Notes under the pieces: generated by a model
What the model was told of the DNA's origin: nothing
Seen by the model: the letters and a program-made list of their open reading frames with translations, nothing else
Database searches by the model: none
DNA from: Phyllosticta citribraziliensis
Lineage: Eukaryota
DNA length: 64,000 nucleotides
Assembly: GCF_038025025.1 (NCBI RefSeq)
Contig: NW_027117342.1
Location: forward strand, 1,488,001 to 1,552,000
Reading direction: 5' to 3'
Part shown: piece after piece, positions 49,133 to 61,052 of the stretch
Numbering within the stretch: position 1 is the stretch's first letter
Layout of the letters: every line of letters begins with the position of its first letter
Translations under genes and position numbers: made by a program

Positions 49133-50478
49133 TCAAAACAGCATGACATCGTGAAAATCCGGCCACGGTCTTCGTTTGCGCCGACGCAGCCAATCTGTCC
49201 TCCTCATCAACCGCCGTATTGCAGCGGCTGGTAGCGTATTATCCACTGCGCCGGGGCCATCCGGTGTTGCCGGTGACGCCGGATCTGCAGGCGGTACGAC
49301 GGGTGGTGGGCTGACGCTGCTGCTTGAGCTCCTACTGCCCAGCTTGAGGCCCAGGAGAATGAATGCGCCGACGACGAGCAGGACTAGCAGCAGCATGGCT
49401 TTCCTCTTGACACTTCTTCGCTGGTAGTTTGTGGCCACTGTGAGCTCCTGGTCTGCGCCCTTTACGTCCGTGGCCATGCGCTCGACATTGTAATCGATGC
49501 GGTCCAGCATGCTGCCTTGGTCGATGACCATGGCATTGAGTTCTTGAAATATCGAAGCCAGCTCGATTATACCTTGGGCTATGTCTTCGATTTCTCGTTC
49601 CCGCTGTGCTATCATGGCGTCGTTGGAATTTTTGCGGACATGCGAGCGTGCTTGTGCGGTTTGAAGCAGGGTGGTGCGGGACAAGGAGGTATCTTCGTAA
49701 GATTCCTGCATTGCAGGGTCTGTGTAAGGGTTCGCGGGGGTTGGGGTTGACGTGCGTGACAAGGGATTGGGTGAGCCAAACCCGCCAATGGCGCGGAGCT
49801 CTGCCAACACGTTAGCCGGGCACATTTCAACGGGAGCGTGTAAACTTGCTCTTCAAATAGGCCGATTGCTTCTTTCGGAAGTTTGCGCTGGCGTCGCCTA
49901 CTCGCGAAGCGAGAGAAACCTTTAAATTCCGCGCCATGGTTTCTTCGCCCTTGGTCAGGCCGCCTTCTCGTTGCGCGGTATCTTTCAACATGACATCTAT
50001 CCGCTTTATGGCGCGTTGGCAGGCCTGGAAGCCGCGGGTGACGGCCTGGGTTAGGCCCTCGATTTCGCGCTCTTCTCGCGCCTTGACGTCCTCGTCGTCA
50101 AAGCCGGGCAGAACGTGCTTCTGGTGCAACTGATCCAGGCGTTTGATTTGTTTTGTAATCTCTCCAAGATGCTCCGTCACCTCGTCCTGCACGTCGAGCC
50201 AGCGAGGTGGCAGGACATCCATCTCGATGACGGCATCGCCATTGTCAGAGGGGTCGTCGTAGGCACCGGCCGACAGGAGGCCTCGGCGGTCGTCGGAGAA
50301 GGGGGCATTGTCGGCGTAGCCGTTGGAAGTGGAGGGGGCGTAGCGGGAGCGGTTGGCCGGGTGGTGCGAATAGGACTGGCGGTAGGATATGAAGCTGGGG
50401 CGGCGGATTAGCGTGGAGAGTTGGGCGGTGGGCGGGGAGGACGGGGAGGACGGACAGGTTGGTGCGGTCGCGCCACAT
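49133..50478 (-). CDS. TLG2: t-SNARE Tlg2/syntaxin-16 (3 exons; second intron 49849-49801 is GC-AG)
   Basis: MWRDRTNL|FISYRQSY, LPPRWLD, KHVLPGFDD, FRKKQSAYLK|KLR, REREIEDIAQGIIELA...DQGSMLDRIDYNVE, then a C-terminal TM. Confidence 0.95.
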
Positions 50479-50933
50479 GGCTCGCAGGGGATTCTGAGGG
50501 GAGGGGATGGAGAAAAGCAGGTCAGGGCATCGAGGACATGCTGGGGACGCTGGGGACGCTGGCGGAGGTTGGGTTGGTTGGCAGGCCGTGAGTGAGGTAC
50601 GGTGCTGTGGTTCACATGTTGCAGCCTCAGGCCTGCGGCAAGGCAACGTATCCGATGCACCGCACCCAGTGCACTGCGTGTGCTCGGGCGCGCTGGGCTT
50701 CCGCAGGGCTGGCCGCCAAGCCGACAGCGACCCGCAAGCCTCTCTGGCAGGCAGAGCACAGGACAGGAAGCCGCCAGCTCAAGCACAACCTGACTTGACC
50801 CTCACTCACTCTCTCTCACTCCTCCCCTCTATACCCCCCGCCATCCACATCTTCCATCTCTACTCTCTTCTCCGTTTCGGCCTCCCCACTTGCTGCACGC
50901 CTAGCCCATCTCTCCCACCCACTACCGCAAACA

Positions 50934-51878
<945 letters not shown>

Positions 51879-52607
51879 GCACGGCAGCCGGGCATGTGCC
51901 GCGCTACAACACGACCACGACTTGATGTTCTTTGGTGCGATGACGGCAGGGAACCTACCGGGCAGCCGGCTCCTGAAGCAAAATTGATCATCCCTTGACC
52001 CGACTCTTGCCAGTCTCCTTATCTTTGGGCCCGCGTTTTCCATCAGATATCCTCTTCGAATCCTACTACCGCTGACGTGTCAGGGTTTCCTTGTCGTGTG
52101 TGATTTGAGGACTGCGTGCTTTGCTTTACTTCTGCTGCTGCGAAACTCCATACATGCAGAGGCGCATCATCGCTGGTCGAGATTACAGCAACCACAGCAC
52201 ACCGTTACGGCCTTCATCACGAAATAGAGAAATAAAATGTTGCATGCGTATGCGTCATTTGGGGAGCTGGGTTACCACCCGGGCGTTCTGTTGCGGCCTT
52301 GTCATCCTCGTCTGTCAGTGTGCTATGTTGCCAATTTTGAGACTAATGCTCCGCTTGATTTCTTTCAACCAAAGCCATTAGAGTCGTTGGTCAGTCTTAC
52401 CGCTACAGGCTTTCAAAACTCAAGTCGTCAAACGAGGCTTTGTTGTCGCAAAGCTCTTGCTACGCAATGTTACCAAATCCGGCTTTCGATCAGTTTCCGA
52501 CCACACAAAGGCAAGACCTGACCTTGATAAAACCGGAACAATTTCACCTTTCCTGCAAATCAACTTTCGCATTCCACCTTGGTTCTTCTCACTGACTATT
52601 CGCAAAG

Positions 52608-55600
52608 ATGCCACCGGCATCTGTAAAAGACGTTTTCGTCCCAGCGCCGCGATTCGAGGAGTTTGAAGGTTGTACTCGACAGGCATGGCTGGACGGTTCT
52701 CCCTCCTCTCGTGGACACAAGGCATGGCTCGACTTCAAGAAATCCATCCACGACGGCAACCGAACCATCCCACGTCGCCTAGCTCTAAGCCACTGGCACT
52801 CTGTCGAAGACTTTGTGTGGATATCGGAAAACCTCCCCAGCCTCACCGAACTTGACCTGAGTGATATTCAAGACTGCATTCTGGTCGATCACACGACCGA
52901 TGCTCTTGACTATTACACTTGGGAAGAGCTTCGCAATGCAGTCAACGACAAGTTCTGGACCCAGATCGAGAAACTGTGGGTGCGACACTGGGGCTGCACA
53001 TCACTGCAAAACTCCTTATTCAGACATCCGGCCGCTCGCGACAAGTCTTCGGACCTGGATTATCGATCCAGAAGAGACGGACAAGCCCGTGAGTCGGTCT
53101 GTGACGTCACCAGCATTATAGAGGCGTGCTCGAAGCTCAAAGTCTTGAGCGTGAGGGGACCGACGGTTGGCAGAGGGTTGAACAGAGCCTGGCATCCCAA
53201 AAAAGCTTGCATTGAAGAAGGCGGGCACGCCCATTTCTGTGCTTTGGTTGAAGGGTTGGAGGACACGGCGCCACTCAGCATGGAGACCCTTGAACTACAT
53301 CAAGCGGAAATCGGCTTGCTCCTCCCGTTGCTGGCCAAATCTTGGACATTGAAAAGAATCAAGATTTCTTTGGGGCCCATTCTATCACGCTACGCCCCTG
53401 GACGCATCAAGGAAGACGTCGAGGACCCAAAGCTGGAAAAATGGCCAAAAGAGATTGCCAGCAGGAACACCAAAGGCAATTGCAGACAGGAACTACAGGA
53501 CAAGAGACTGGCTGGCATGTCCGATGGGGAGAAGAATCAAAAGCTCCACGAGTGGCTCGACTCGGCTCTTTCCATCTCCTTCGAAATGTACCCATGGAAA
53601 AACCCGGGCATGGTCAACAAATTACAAGCCGTCTGGCAAAGCTCGTCTGATGTTGGCATTTCGGCAATTTATTCCTACCATTTGATGGAGTTCCACACGT
53701 CTGGTCATTATGCGCATCCAGTGAGCGCTCTAGCATACGACTTTGACTTCATTGCCCAGACACAGCCAGAACTGGACAAAGACAGTCACTTTCAACAGCT
53801 GACGACCACCGACTCGGCAGAGGCATACAATAATGTTCCAATCAGTCCCTTCGCCTTTATCCTCCCAGAACGCAAGATTCAGTCACCCGATGAGGTTCAG
53901 ACAATGGTAAAGGAAGCTAAAAGCATGGGTGGTAAGTTTGAATGGAATTCTATTTTCCTTCCGCTCCCTGAGTCTTACCCCACGGAACCCATGAGGCCCA
54001 TTGATATGTGGAAGGCTCTCCGCAAGACAGCACCAGGCTTCGCACCGCTGTGGGACCTGGACGCGCTCATGTCGAATGGCTTTCCCAAAAATCAGGGAAT
54101 TGTGGCCCCCTGGACTCCGTTCGTCGAAAGCATTGCCCGCGGATTCATGGTGCTCCAGCGCAATAGGATCCCCGTGCGGGTGCTTCTCGCGTGGCGAAAG
54201 CAGGCGCCAGGACTATACTGGGGCCACACAGAAATATTCGACATCTCATTTTGGAACTTATTAGCATTGCATGTCCGCATCCCCGAGTCCTGCGTGGCGG
54301 AAAACAGCGGCAGTAGCAGCGGTACCGCCACGGAGGGGGCACAGCAGGAGACGAGAAAAACCTACATCGCCGAACTCGTCAATGAACTCGTCGTCCGCTA
54401 CCCCGACTGGGCTGGCGGCGCGCCCCCGATCCCAGGAGATGCCGCAGCGGCACCCAAGGCAGAGCTCCTCGCCAAGTGGCTCCACCGCGAAGCGCAGGGC
54501 TGGCAGCGCTGGTGGTACTACCATGCACTTATCTTCACATCGCTGCGGCGCCTCGAGATCCGCATGCCCGAGGCGTTTGACGCGTTCCATAGCAAGCGGC
54601 TGGCGCTGTTGCTACTGGGCGAGGGAAACGACGAAAAGACGGCGGCCAGCAGGGGCAAGTGGCACTTGCGACACGAAAGGACCGAGCAAGGGACGCACAC
54701 GCGCTTTGTCTCGAGGATTTGGGAGCGCATTGGCGGCGACGACAACATCGTACGGAGCGCTGACGAGTGGGATAAGACTACCGAATCGTTTCACGGCATG
54801 GCGCATTTTGACAGAGAATGGGCAGACATGCATGAAAACACCGAGAACCGGAAATCTAAAGCCTCTGGTGAACAGATTATGGAGTCGAATGATCAGGACT
54901 CTGCAATGCACGACGACACAGCAGTGCCGCAGGTGGGGGGCGTCGAGCCAGAAAATGGGCCCAGCAACTTCCCAGAAGATGTTGTGGAGACGATCGAGAC
55001 GACAGACACGACAATGGGCGAGGCCACTGAAGTTCCACAGGCTGAGAGCGTCGACAACACATCCCCGCAGGTGTTCCAGAAGATTGAAACTCCCAGTGCG
55101 GAGCCCGAGGCAGCCGGACCAGTCAGGGCAGGATCAGAACGCAACAGCTTCGACTCCATGGTCGTGGAGCCCTCTACTAGCAACGCCATATACCTCTGGG
55201 ATTCCGAAGACGAGCAACTCCACCGGGCCTCCTCGTTCGTCGCCGCACCACGCTCCAATGAGCAGGGACTAAGCAGTGGCGGGCTCTCAAAGCCAGAACT
55301 ACTCGCTCCCCCAGATTCTGTGGTTGCTAGCGGCAGCGGCAGCGGCTCTACGAGCAAACCCAGACCCAAAGCCAGGAGCTCCAGGAGTAGAGGCAGACAG
55401 GGAAGCAAGGCGGGGGCACGGACGCGCTCGGCCGAGTCAAGTCGCGAGAGGAGCATCGGGGCACTCAGTAGCAGGGCCTCAAGTACAGAGCTCCTTGCCC
55501 CTCCAAGTTCCGAGGTCATCAGTGGCAGCGGCAGCGGCAGCGGCAGCGGCTCCACGAACAAACCTATGCCCAGAGCCAGGAGCAGGAGCAGGGGCAGGGA

Positions 55601-55757
55601 GGGTGGAAAGGTGACGCTTCTGACGCGGTCGGCAGAGTCGAGTCGCGAGAGGAGTTCTAAGAGGCAGGCGAGCCAGGAGCCGGATGGCCCGCAGCCACCG
55701 ACTCAGCGGAGGAGGTCGAAGATGGAGCGCGAGCTGGATTGGTCGCTGAAGAAGTGA
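52608..55757 (+). CDS. Hypothetical 1049-aa protein with dispersed LRR-like motifs and a low-complexity C-terminus
   Basis: Uninterrupted 3.15-kb ORF; LPSLTELDLSDI, CSKLKVLSVRG, METLELHQ, TLKRIKISL, TSLRRLEIRM. No family recognised. Confidence 0.75.
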   Translation: MPPASVKDVFVPAPRFEEFEGCTRQAWLDGSPSSRGHKAWLDFKKSIHDGNRTIPRRLALSHWHSVEDFVWISENLPSLTELDLSDIQDCILVDHTTDALDYYTWEELRNAVNDKFWTQIEKLWVRHWGCTSLQNSLFRHPAARDKSSDLDYRSRRDGQARESVCDVTSIIEACSKLKVLSVRGPTVGRGLNRAWHPKKACIEEGGHAHFCALVEGLEDTAPLSMETLELHQAEIGLLLPLLAKSWTLKRIKISLGPILSRYAPGRIKEDVEDPKLEKWPKEIASRNTKGNCRQELQDKRLAGMSDGEKNQKLHEWLDSALSISFEMYPWKNPGMVNKLQAVWQSSSDVGISAIYSYHLMEFHTSGHYAHPVSALAYDFDFIAQTQPELDKDSHFQQLTTTDSAEAYNNVPISPFAFILPERKIQSPDEVQTMVKEAKSMGGKFEWNSIFLPLPESYPTEPMRPIDMWKALRKTAPGFAPLWDLDALMSNGFPKNQGIVAPWTPFVESIARGFMVLQRNRIPVRVLLAWRKQAPGLYWGHTEIFDISFWNLLALHVRIPESCVAENSGSSSGTATEGAQQETRKTYIAELVNELVVRYPDWAGGAPPIPGDAAAAPKAELLAKWLHREAQGWQRWWYYHALIFTSLRRLEIRMPEAFDAFHSKRLALLLLGEGNDEKTAASRGKWHLRHERTEQGTHTRFVSRIWERIGGDDNIVRSADEWDKTTESFHGMAHFDREWADMHENTENRKSKASGEQIMESNDQDSAMHDDTAVPQVGGVEPENGPSNFPEDVVETIETTDTTMGEATEVPQAESVDNTSPQVFQKIETPSAEPEAAGPVRAGSERNSFDSMVVEPSTSNAIYLWDSEDEQLHRASSFVAAPRSNEQGLSSGGLSKPELLAPPDSVVASGSGSGSTSKPRPKARSSRSRGRQGSKAGARTRSAESSRERSIGALSSRASSTELLAPPSSEVISGSGSGSGSGSTNKPMPRARSRSRGREGGKVTLLTRSAESSRERSSKRQASQEPDGPQPPTQRRRSKMERELDWSLKK
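55296..55655 (+). repeat. Imperfect internal tandem duplication (55296-55454 and 55488-55655) in the 1049-aa gene
   Basis: ELLAPP...SGSGSGST.KP.P.ARS.SRGR.G.K....TRSAESSRERS occurs twice, each copy containing (AGCGGC)n. Confidence 0.9.
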
Positions 55758-55913
55758 AGTGGTGAGAGGGTAAGGATTGAGGTTGGTTGAGTGAGAGTAG
55801 AAGGGGGTATGGGAGATCCAAGTCGCTGAAAGCAATACTTCACTGTACATGACGAATTTTGATGACAAGCCTCACATACACCTAACTCCCTGGAAGTCAG
55901 TTTCTCAGTAACC

Positions 55914-57236
55914 TCACCTGCTGCGTGATCCCAGCGCTTCAAAGTCGAAGCCTTCGCCCAAGTCGTCATCCTCTTCCACCACCCAAGTCGCCACGCCAGT
56001 GTAATTTGCCCATCCACTCACCTCGACTCTAACCCCCTTTCTCTCACCGACCGCCACCTCCTCAACCGGCGTGCCAACGAAGCCACGTCTGCTGCCTTCC
56101 GACGCTCTTGACAAAAGACTATGATATGTCCAGCTCTGACCCATGGATCTCTGCCCCTTGGCCACAGCCAGTGCGACGCGCGCCTGCACGCCCGACCCTG
56201 TGGGACTGCGGTCGACCTGCTGGTCAGCAAAGAAGCAGACGCCCGTATCAGCGCCCTGGGTACCCGGCGCCGCGGCACCGCTCCCAGGCTCCGTGACGAA
56301 GACCGAGTACATAAACTGCAAGTCGGCATGGTCCGGATGATGCAGGTAGCGCTGCTTGAGCTGCGCATCAGCATTGAAGGCTGTCTTGACTTTGCGCGTC
56401 GCTTCGTCCAGCGCGGCCAAGTCGGGCGCCTCCAACGAGGCAGGGAAGCCGAGCGCCGTCGCCGTCACGAAGAGGTAGAAGGCGCCGCCGTATGCCACGT
56501 CGGCGACGACGCTGGTGCGGCCCTGAGCGGCGAGCGCCGGCCATTGCAGCGCGAGCGGGATGGCCACCGTGATGTCGGTCGCTGCCGCGAAGCTGGGCAC
56601 GCTGAGGTACCGGATGCGGCGCGTCGAATCGGCGCGGAAGCCGCTGTGTGTACGCACGGCGGGCACGACGACGCGCACAACGCCGCAGGGGACGTGGAGG
56701 CGCACTTCAACGTCGCCTTGGATGTCTTCACCGCTGGTCCCTTCGGAAGGCACGAATTGGAGCGCGGTGCGCTGCGGAAAAATGGCTTCTTCCTGTGACA
56801 GAGGCGAAGATGGGTCGTCGATGCTGGCGCAGCAGTCGACAAGCAAACGGCTTACGGCCAGCGTGGCGTGCCCGCACATGGTGCTGTAGCCTTCATGTGT
56901 CAGGAAGAGGACGCCCATGTGCGCGGCGCTGCTGTCGACGTGCTCAGTATGCGGCCGCAGGACTGCGCCATACATGTCCTTGTGTCCGCGAGGCTCATGG
57001 ATGATAGACTTGCGGACGCCGTCATGGTGGGCTTTGGCGGCGGCGCGTTGCTCAAGGAGGGTGCCGCTTGAGGCTCAGTGAGTGAGGGGGAAATGGAGAG
57101 GAGAGGCAATGGGCTGCGCCTACGTGAGAAATGGAAAGCCAGCATAGACGATGCGTGTGGGTTCGCCGCTGGTGTGCATTTCGATGGTCTTGATTTCACG
57201 GCGGATCGAAGTGCCCAGGAAAGATGGGACGGCCAT
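55914..57236 (-). CDS. Proline racemase family protein, probable trans-3-hydroxy-L-proline dehydratase (intron ~57123-57067)
   Basis: IEMHTSGEPTRIV, EPRGHKDMYGA, YSTMCGHAT, DVAYGGAFY and VDRSPTGSG (Thr at the second catalytic position). Confidence 0.88.
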
Positions 57237-60200
57237 TTTCAAAGCAGACGGGCTTTGGGTTTCTTCTCAAGACAGATATGAAATGACTGAAAGTGAATTC
57301 GAACGTGGATCAGGAGTGAAATGTAGGCCAATCTTTTCAAGGCGACTGGGAGAGGCAGCAAACTGTCGCTGCATTGAGAAGAAATGCGCCCTATGACAGC
57401 CTGCTATAACATGGGGCCAGGAACCAGTTGTTGTAGCTCTCGTACCTGTATGGCTCTCAGCTGGAGTCGAGAGGCATATTTTCATCTGAGAGCTCCATCT
57501 GAGTGATGGAGAAGCGTGCAGGAGAGGTGGAATGGAAGTGGTGGGGAGTCCCCATTCGGTGGTGCGGCCGGGACTTTTTCGGCGGTTCCTGTCAATACCT
57601 TCCAACTTGGTCCTGTTCGCATCTCATCTTCTCTCCACCTTCAACCGAATTTTGCACCCCACGAGTCACCAGGCCACCCCTCTCATTCCCATGCAGCCGT
57701 CGCTACGCCCACGCATCTCACGATGGTGCGCTGAAATTTTCGCCAGCCCGAGACCCTCTTTGGTTGGGCACCAACCGCTCGTTGCGACGAATTCGCACGG
57801 ATAACTAACAAAGAGCCAATGGCGTGCGGCCTTGGCTCCCCATGGGCATTTGGCAGGGCAGGTATTCCGGTTCGGCAGATAAGCATCACGACCTCGGACG
57901 ACGGAGACCGCGGGTCAACGGCTTTTCCAGTCCAGGAACGGCCCTTTTGCCGTCCAGGGCATGGCTGGCAGAGGCGGGCGCATGGAGATGATGAATCACC
58001 ACGTCAAAAAAAATTCAGTGCCTCATGAGCAGCTTGCAGAAGCCTTTCTGTCTGAAACACAGAAGAGTGGACGGTGATATCACGACGAGGAAAAAAGTTC
58101 AAGGGCACGACGCGCGCCAGAAGCGGGGGAGGGGGATGCAAGCACCGTCGACCCTGACGGGCGAGACCCACTTGCGTCATGCGTCCCCCTCTTGTCCAAC
58201 GCTTCCTTGACATGTATCAAACACCGATGTTGGTACGTGGACAACACGGTGGATTTTATTGCGGATAATGGTGCATTTTTCGCGCAATGCTCCACCGGCA
58301 AGCAAACCAAACCGCCCTACCCGTCGGACTGTTCCCCGCCAAATCATCCCCTCAGAGCCGACGCCGACACTGGCAGCTTGCTCGAGTTTGATGCTTTGTG
58401 AATTGGTAGCACATCCGAGTGTGTACGATAAGGTATGCCCAGGAGTTTGAGAGCTTGTCTTGCAGGAGAGACATGGCAATCAATCTCGACCAGCCGGCAG
58501 AGTCTGGCAGCGTCCCGCCCCGTGTGACGACCGCCAGTCCCCGGAAGATCTGCGCTTCGGACGGGAGCCCCAACCCTGCGCGATCCAAGTCCAACGCTTT
58601 GTCCAACCAGCCCATCGAACCTCGACTCGACACCGTCCCGGGCACTCAAACTTGCTGCGCATTCCTTGCCATCTCACAGACCACCAACAAAGACTGCGAC
58701 CTCGAGTCCTCAGTCCCTGCGCCAGTCGCGCCATCGTCGGCCAGCGGTAGCGTGGAGCACGTCATGCGGGAGCCAAGGCACGGTTTAGCGAATCCAAAGT
58801 CAGCTCAACACACCGTACATCTCCCTCTGGTAGTCGGTGAGCGATACGTCTAGGACGATGGTCACACAAGAAGCAGACGCGATAAACACCTTCAACTTTG
58901 CCCTACCTACCGTCACCGGTCCGGGTTTTCTCTCTGGACATGCCCGCTATCTCGTGCCACGATTACAGCCGTCATTTCCGCCGCTGAGCACCAAGTTACG
59001 TACGAGCCGGAGCGCGCCTGCCGGTGTTGCGCAAGCACTGCTGTGTATCGTGACAGGGTCAGCTTCTTCACTGACACATGTGGGTTGTCGAGAGCAGCGA
59101 GCAGCGAGCAGCCGACTTGGCGAAGAGTCTATCGACCGACCGGTCAAGCAAGCAAGCAAGCAGCGCTGCGGGCAGGACCGCGCAGGTTGTGATGGAGCAT
59201 GGAACCTGGATGGACGGAACGCATAAAGCCAGCGTTGTCGGTGGCGGGTAGCACACCACCACTGGGGCAAGTTGCGCGCCGATGGCTATCAACTAGCTGG
59301 CGGGAAGTGGAGTGGGAGCAAAAGGTGTAGGGAGCGTGAGTTTCAAGCTCTCCCACGTTGTCGGGTTAGTTGACTGGCTAGCTCCCTTGTTCCTTCCCCT
59401 TCCTGCTCCTTCCGTCGTCCCGCACTATGAACTAGTTGCGAGATGTCCATGTACCTCATCTCAGTACTCATCAAGGAAGCAAGCGAGCGAGCGAGCGCAT
59501 TTCTCTCGGCCGACCATCAAATATCGCGCACGCACGCAAATACCATGGGACCAGCAGCGCTTTGCCATTCTAAAGCCGCCGGGTCGTGGTGATCGAGCAG
59601 GCTTGAAGAAATCGTTCTAGCGAATGCTGACAATGGCGGCAAAGACGACAACCACCTACCCAGGTAACCATTGTCATGACCACCCGCTTCACCAACCACC
59701 TTACCGCTGCTGCACTGTGTTTGAGTTTATCTGCGCGCCACATCTGACTCTACAGAAATGATATCATATCACAAGCTCCAGTCCCGCCATCTAGTGCTGG
59801 CCTACCGCCAAATGGCTGGGCAATCAATTTGTATGAGTGGATGGAAGCGCCCGGGTCGGATGGAATGGGACGCCAAAACAACTTGCTCGTTGTTTGAGCG
59901 GCAGCAGCGGCGAGCAAAAGTGTGTAATTAAGAATGTGTTTCATATTTCCGCCGTCTTGGAAAGTTGGTGTGGAGAAAGAAGCTTTCGGCCATCCGCTCT
60001 CGTGGTGAGTAAGGTAAGTGAGTCTACTTGCCCAAGAGCTCCGCCGTCCGCGAGGTAGACTACCTCGAGTTGTGGGACTGGTGGAAAATAGTCGTTCGAC
60101 TGTGCGTGACTAGTATTTCACCACAGAATGTATAGTCTGCCCATCTACCTTTCTGCTTGTCTACCAACCGCGGTATCCGCAGCATATTAATACACCTGTC

Positions 60201-61018
60201 TATACATCTAGCGCCTTTTTTTTAAAAAATAAAAAAACAGCCCGCACCATTCATGTCTTTTCCACCTTACCAATCCCTCCTATTGACTGTTCGCAGGCCA
60301 GCTATCTACAACCACGCAACAAGACGACCACACCCACACGACGAGACAAAGCATTTCAGAGAGTGAGTGACTCACACACACACGTAGATGCCGACATCCC
60401 GCGACGAGCGAGCGAGAGGGCAGCCAAAGCAGACAGGCCGGGGGGCCGCCTAACGAACCCAACAACCACTCACTCACTCTTTCTTTTACTCCCGCCGGCC
60501 GACACTCGGTCGCCGAGATGCGTGATGATCTGCATGAGTGATGTTTGGATGGCTGGACGGATGGGAAGGCGCGCTACGCTGCCGCTGCCGCTCCGACTGC
60601 TCTACCTCGGCGCCGGCCCGGAGCGCGGAGTGACGGCGTGGCTTGGGTCGGTTCGGCGGGACTGATTGATTGAATGACTGACTGACTGGCTGGCTGGCAC
60701 TGTGCGGTAGCTGCGGATTGATTGACGAACTTTGCGTGCGTGAGTGGGCGGAGATGGTTGTGTGTGGTGGAAGAGAGAAGAGTCGTAGCAAAGCCCATGC
60801 ATCCATGCGTCCATGCATCCATGCATCCATCCATCCTTGGACCGACGAAGAGCTTGCTGAGAAAAAGAAGAGATTTAATTGTTGACGACGCATGCATGCG
60901 GTACGCCTTTGATCTTCGCTTCCATGAAATGGCGGATGCTGCCCCGTTGCGGTCCGCTGCCGGTTGGCAGGTCTTTCTATCTACATTACATGTATGCAAG
61001 TCTTGTCTATACAGTAAA

Positions 61019-61023
<5 letters not shown>

Positions 61024-61052
<29 letters not shown>
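61024..61052. repeat. (CGA)9 microsatellite
   Basis: Read directly. Lies in a simple-repeat-rich non-coding stretch. Confidence 0.9.

Noticed and set aside
48407..49146. Plus-strand ORF fragments converging on TLG2
   Set aside because: Short, interrupted by stops, overlapping the TLG2 3' end, and without a recognisable motif.
60005..60023. Cluster of donor-like hexamers GTGAGTAAGGTAAGTGAGT (nested-intron-like)
   Set aside because: No associated exon frame or convincing branch/acceptor pair downstream.
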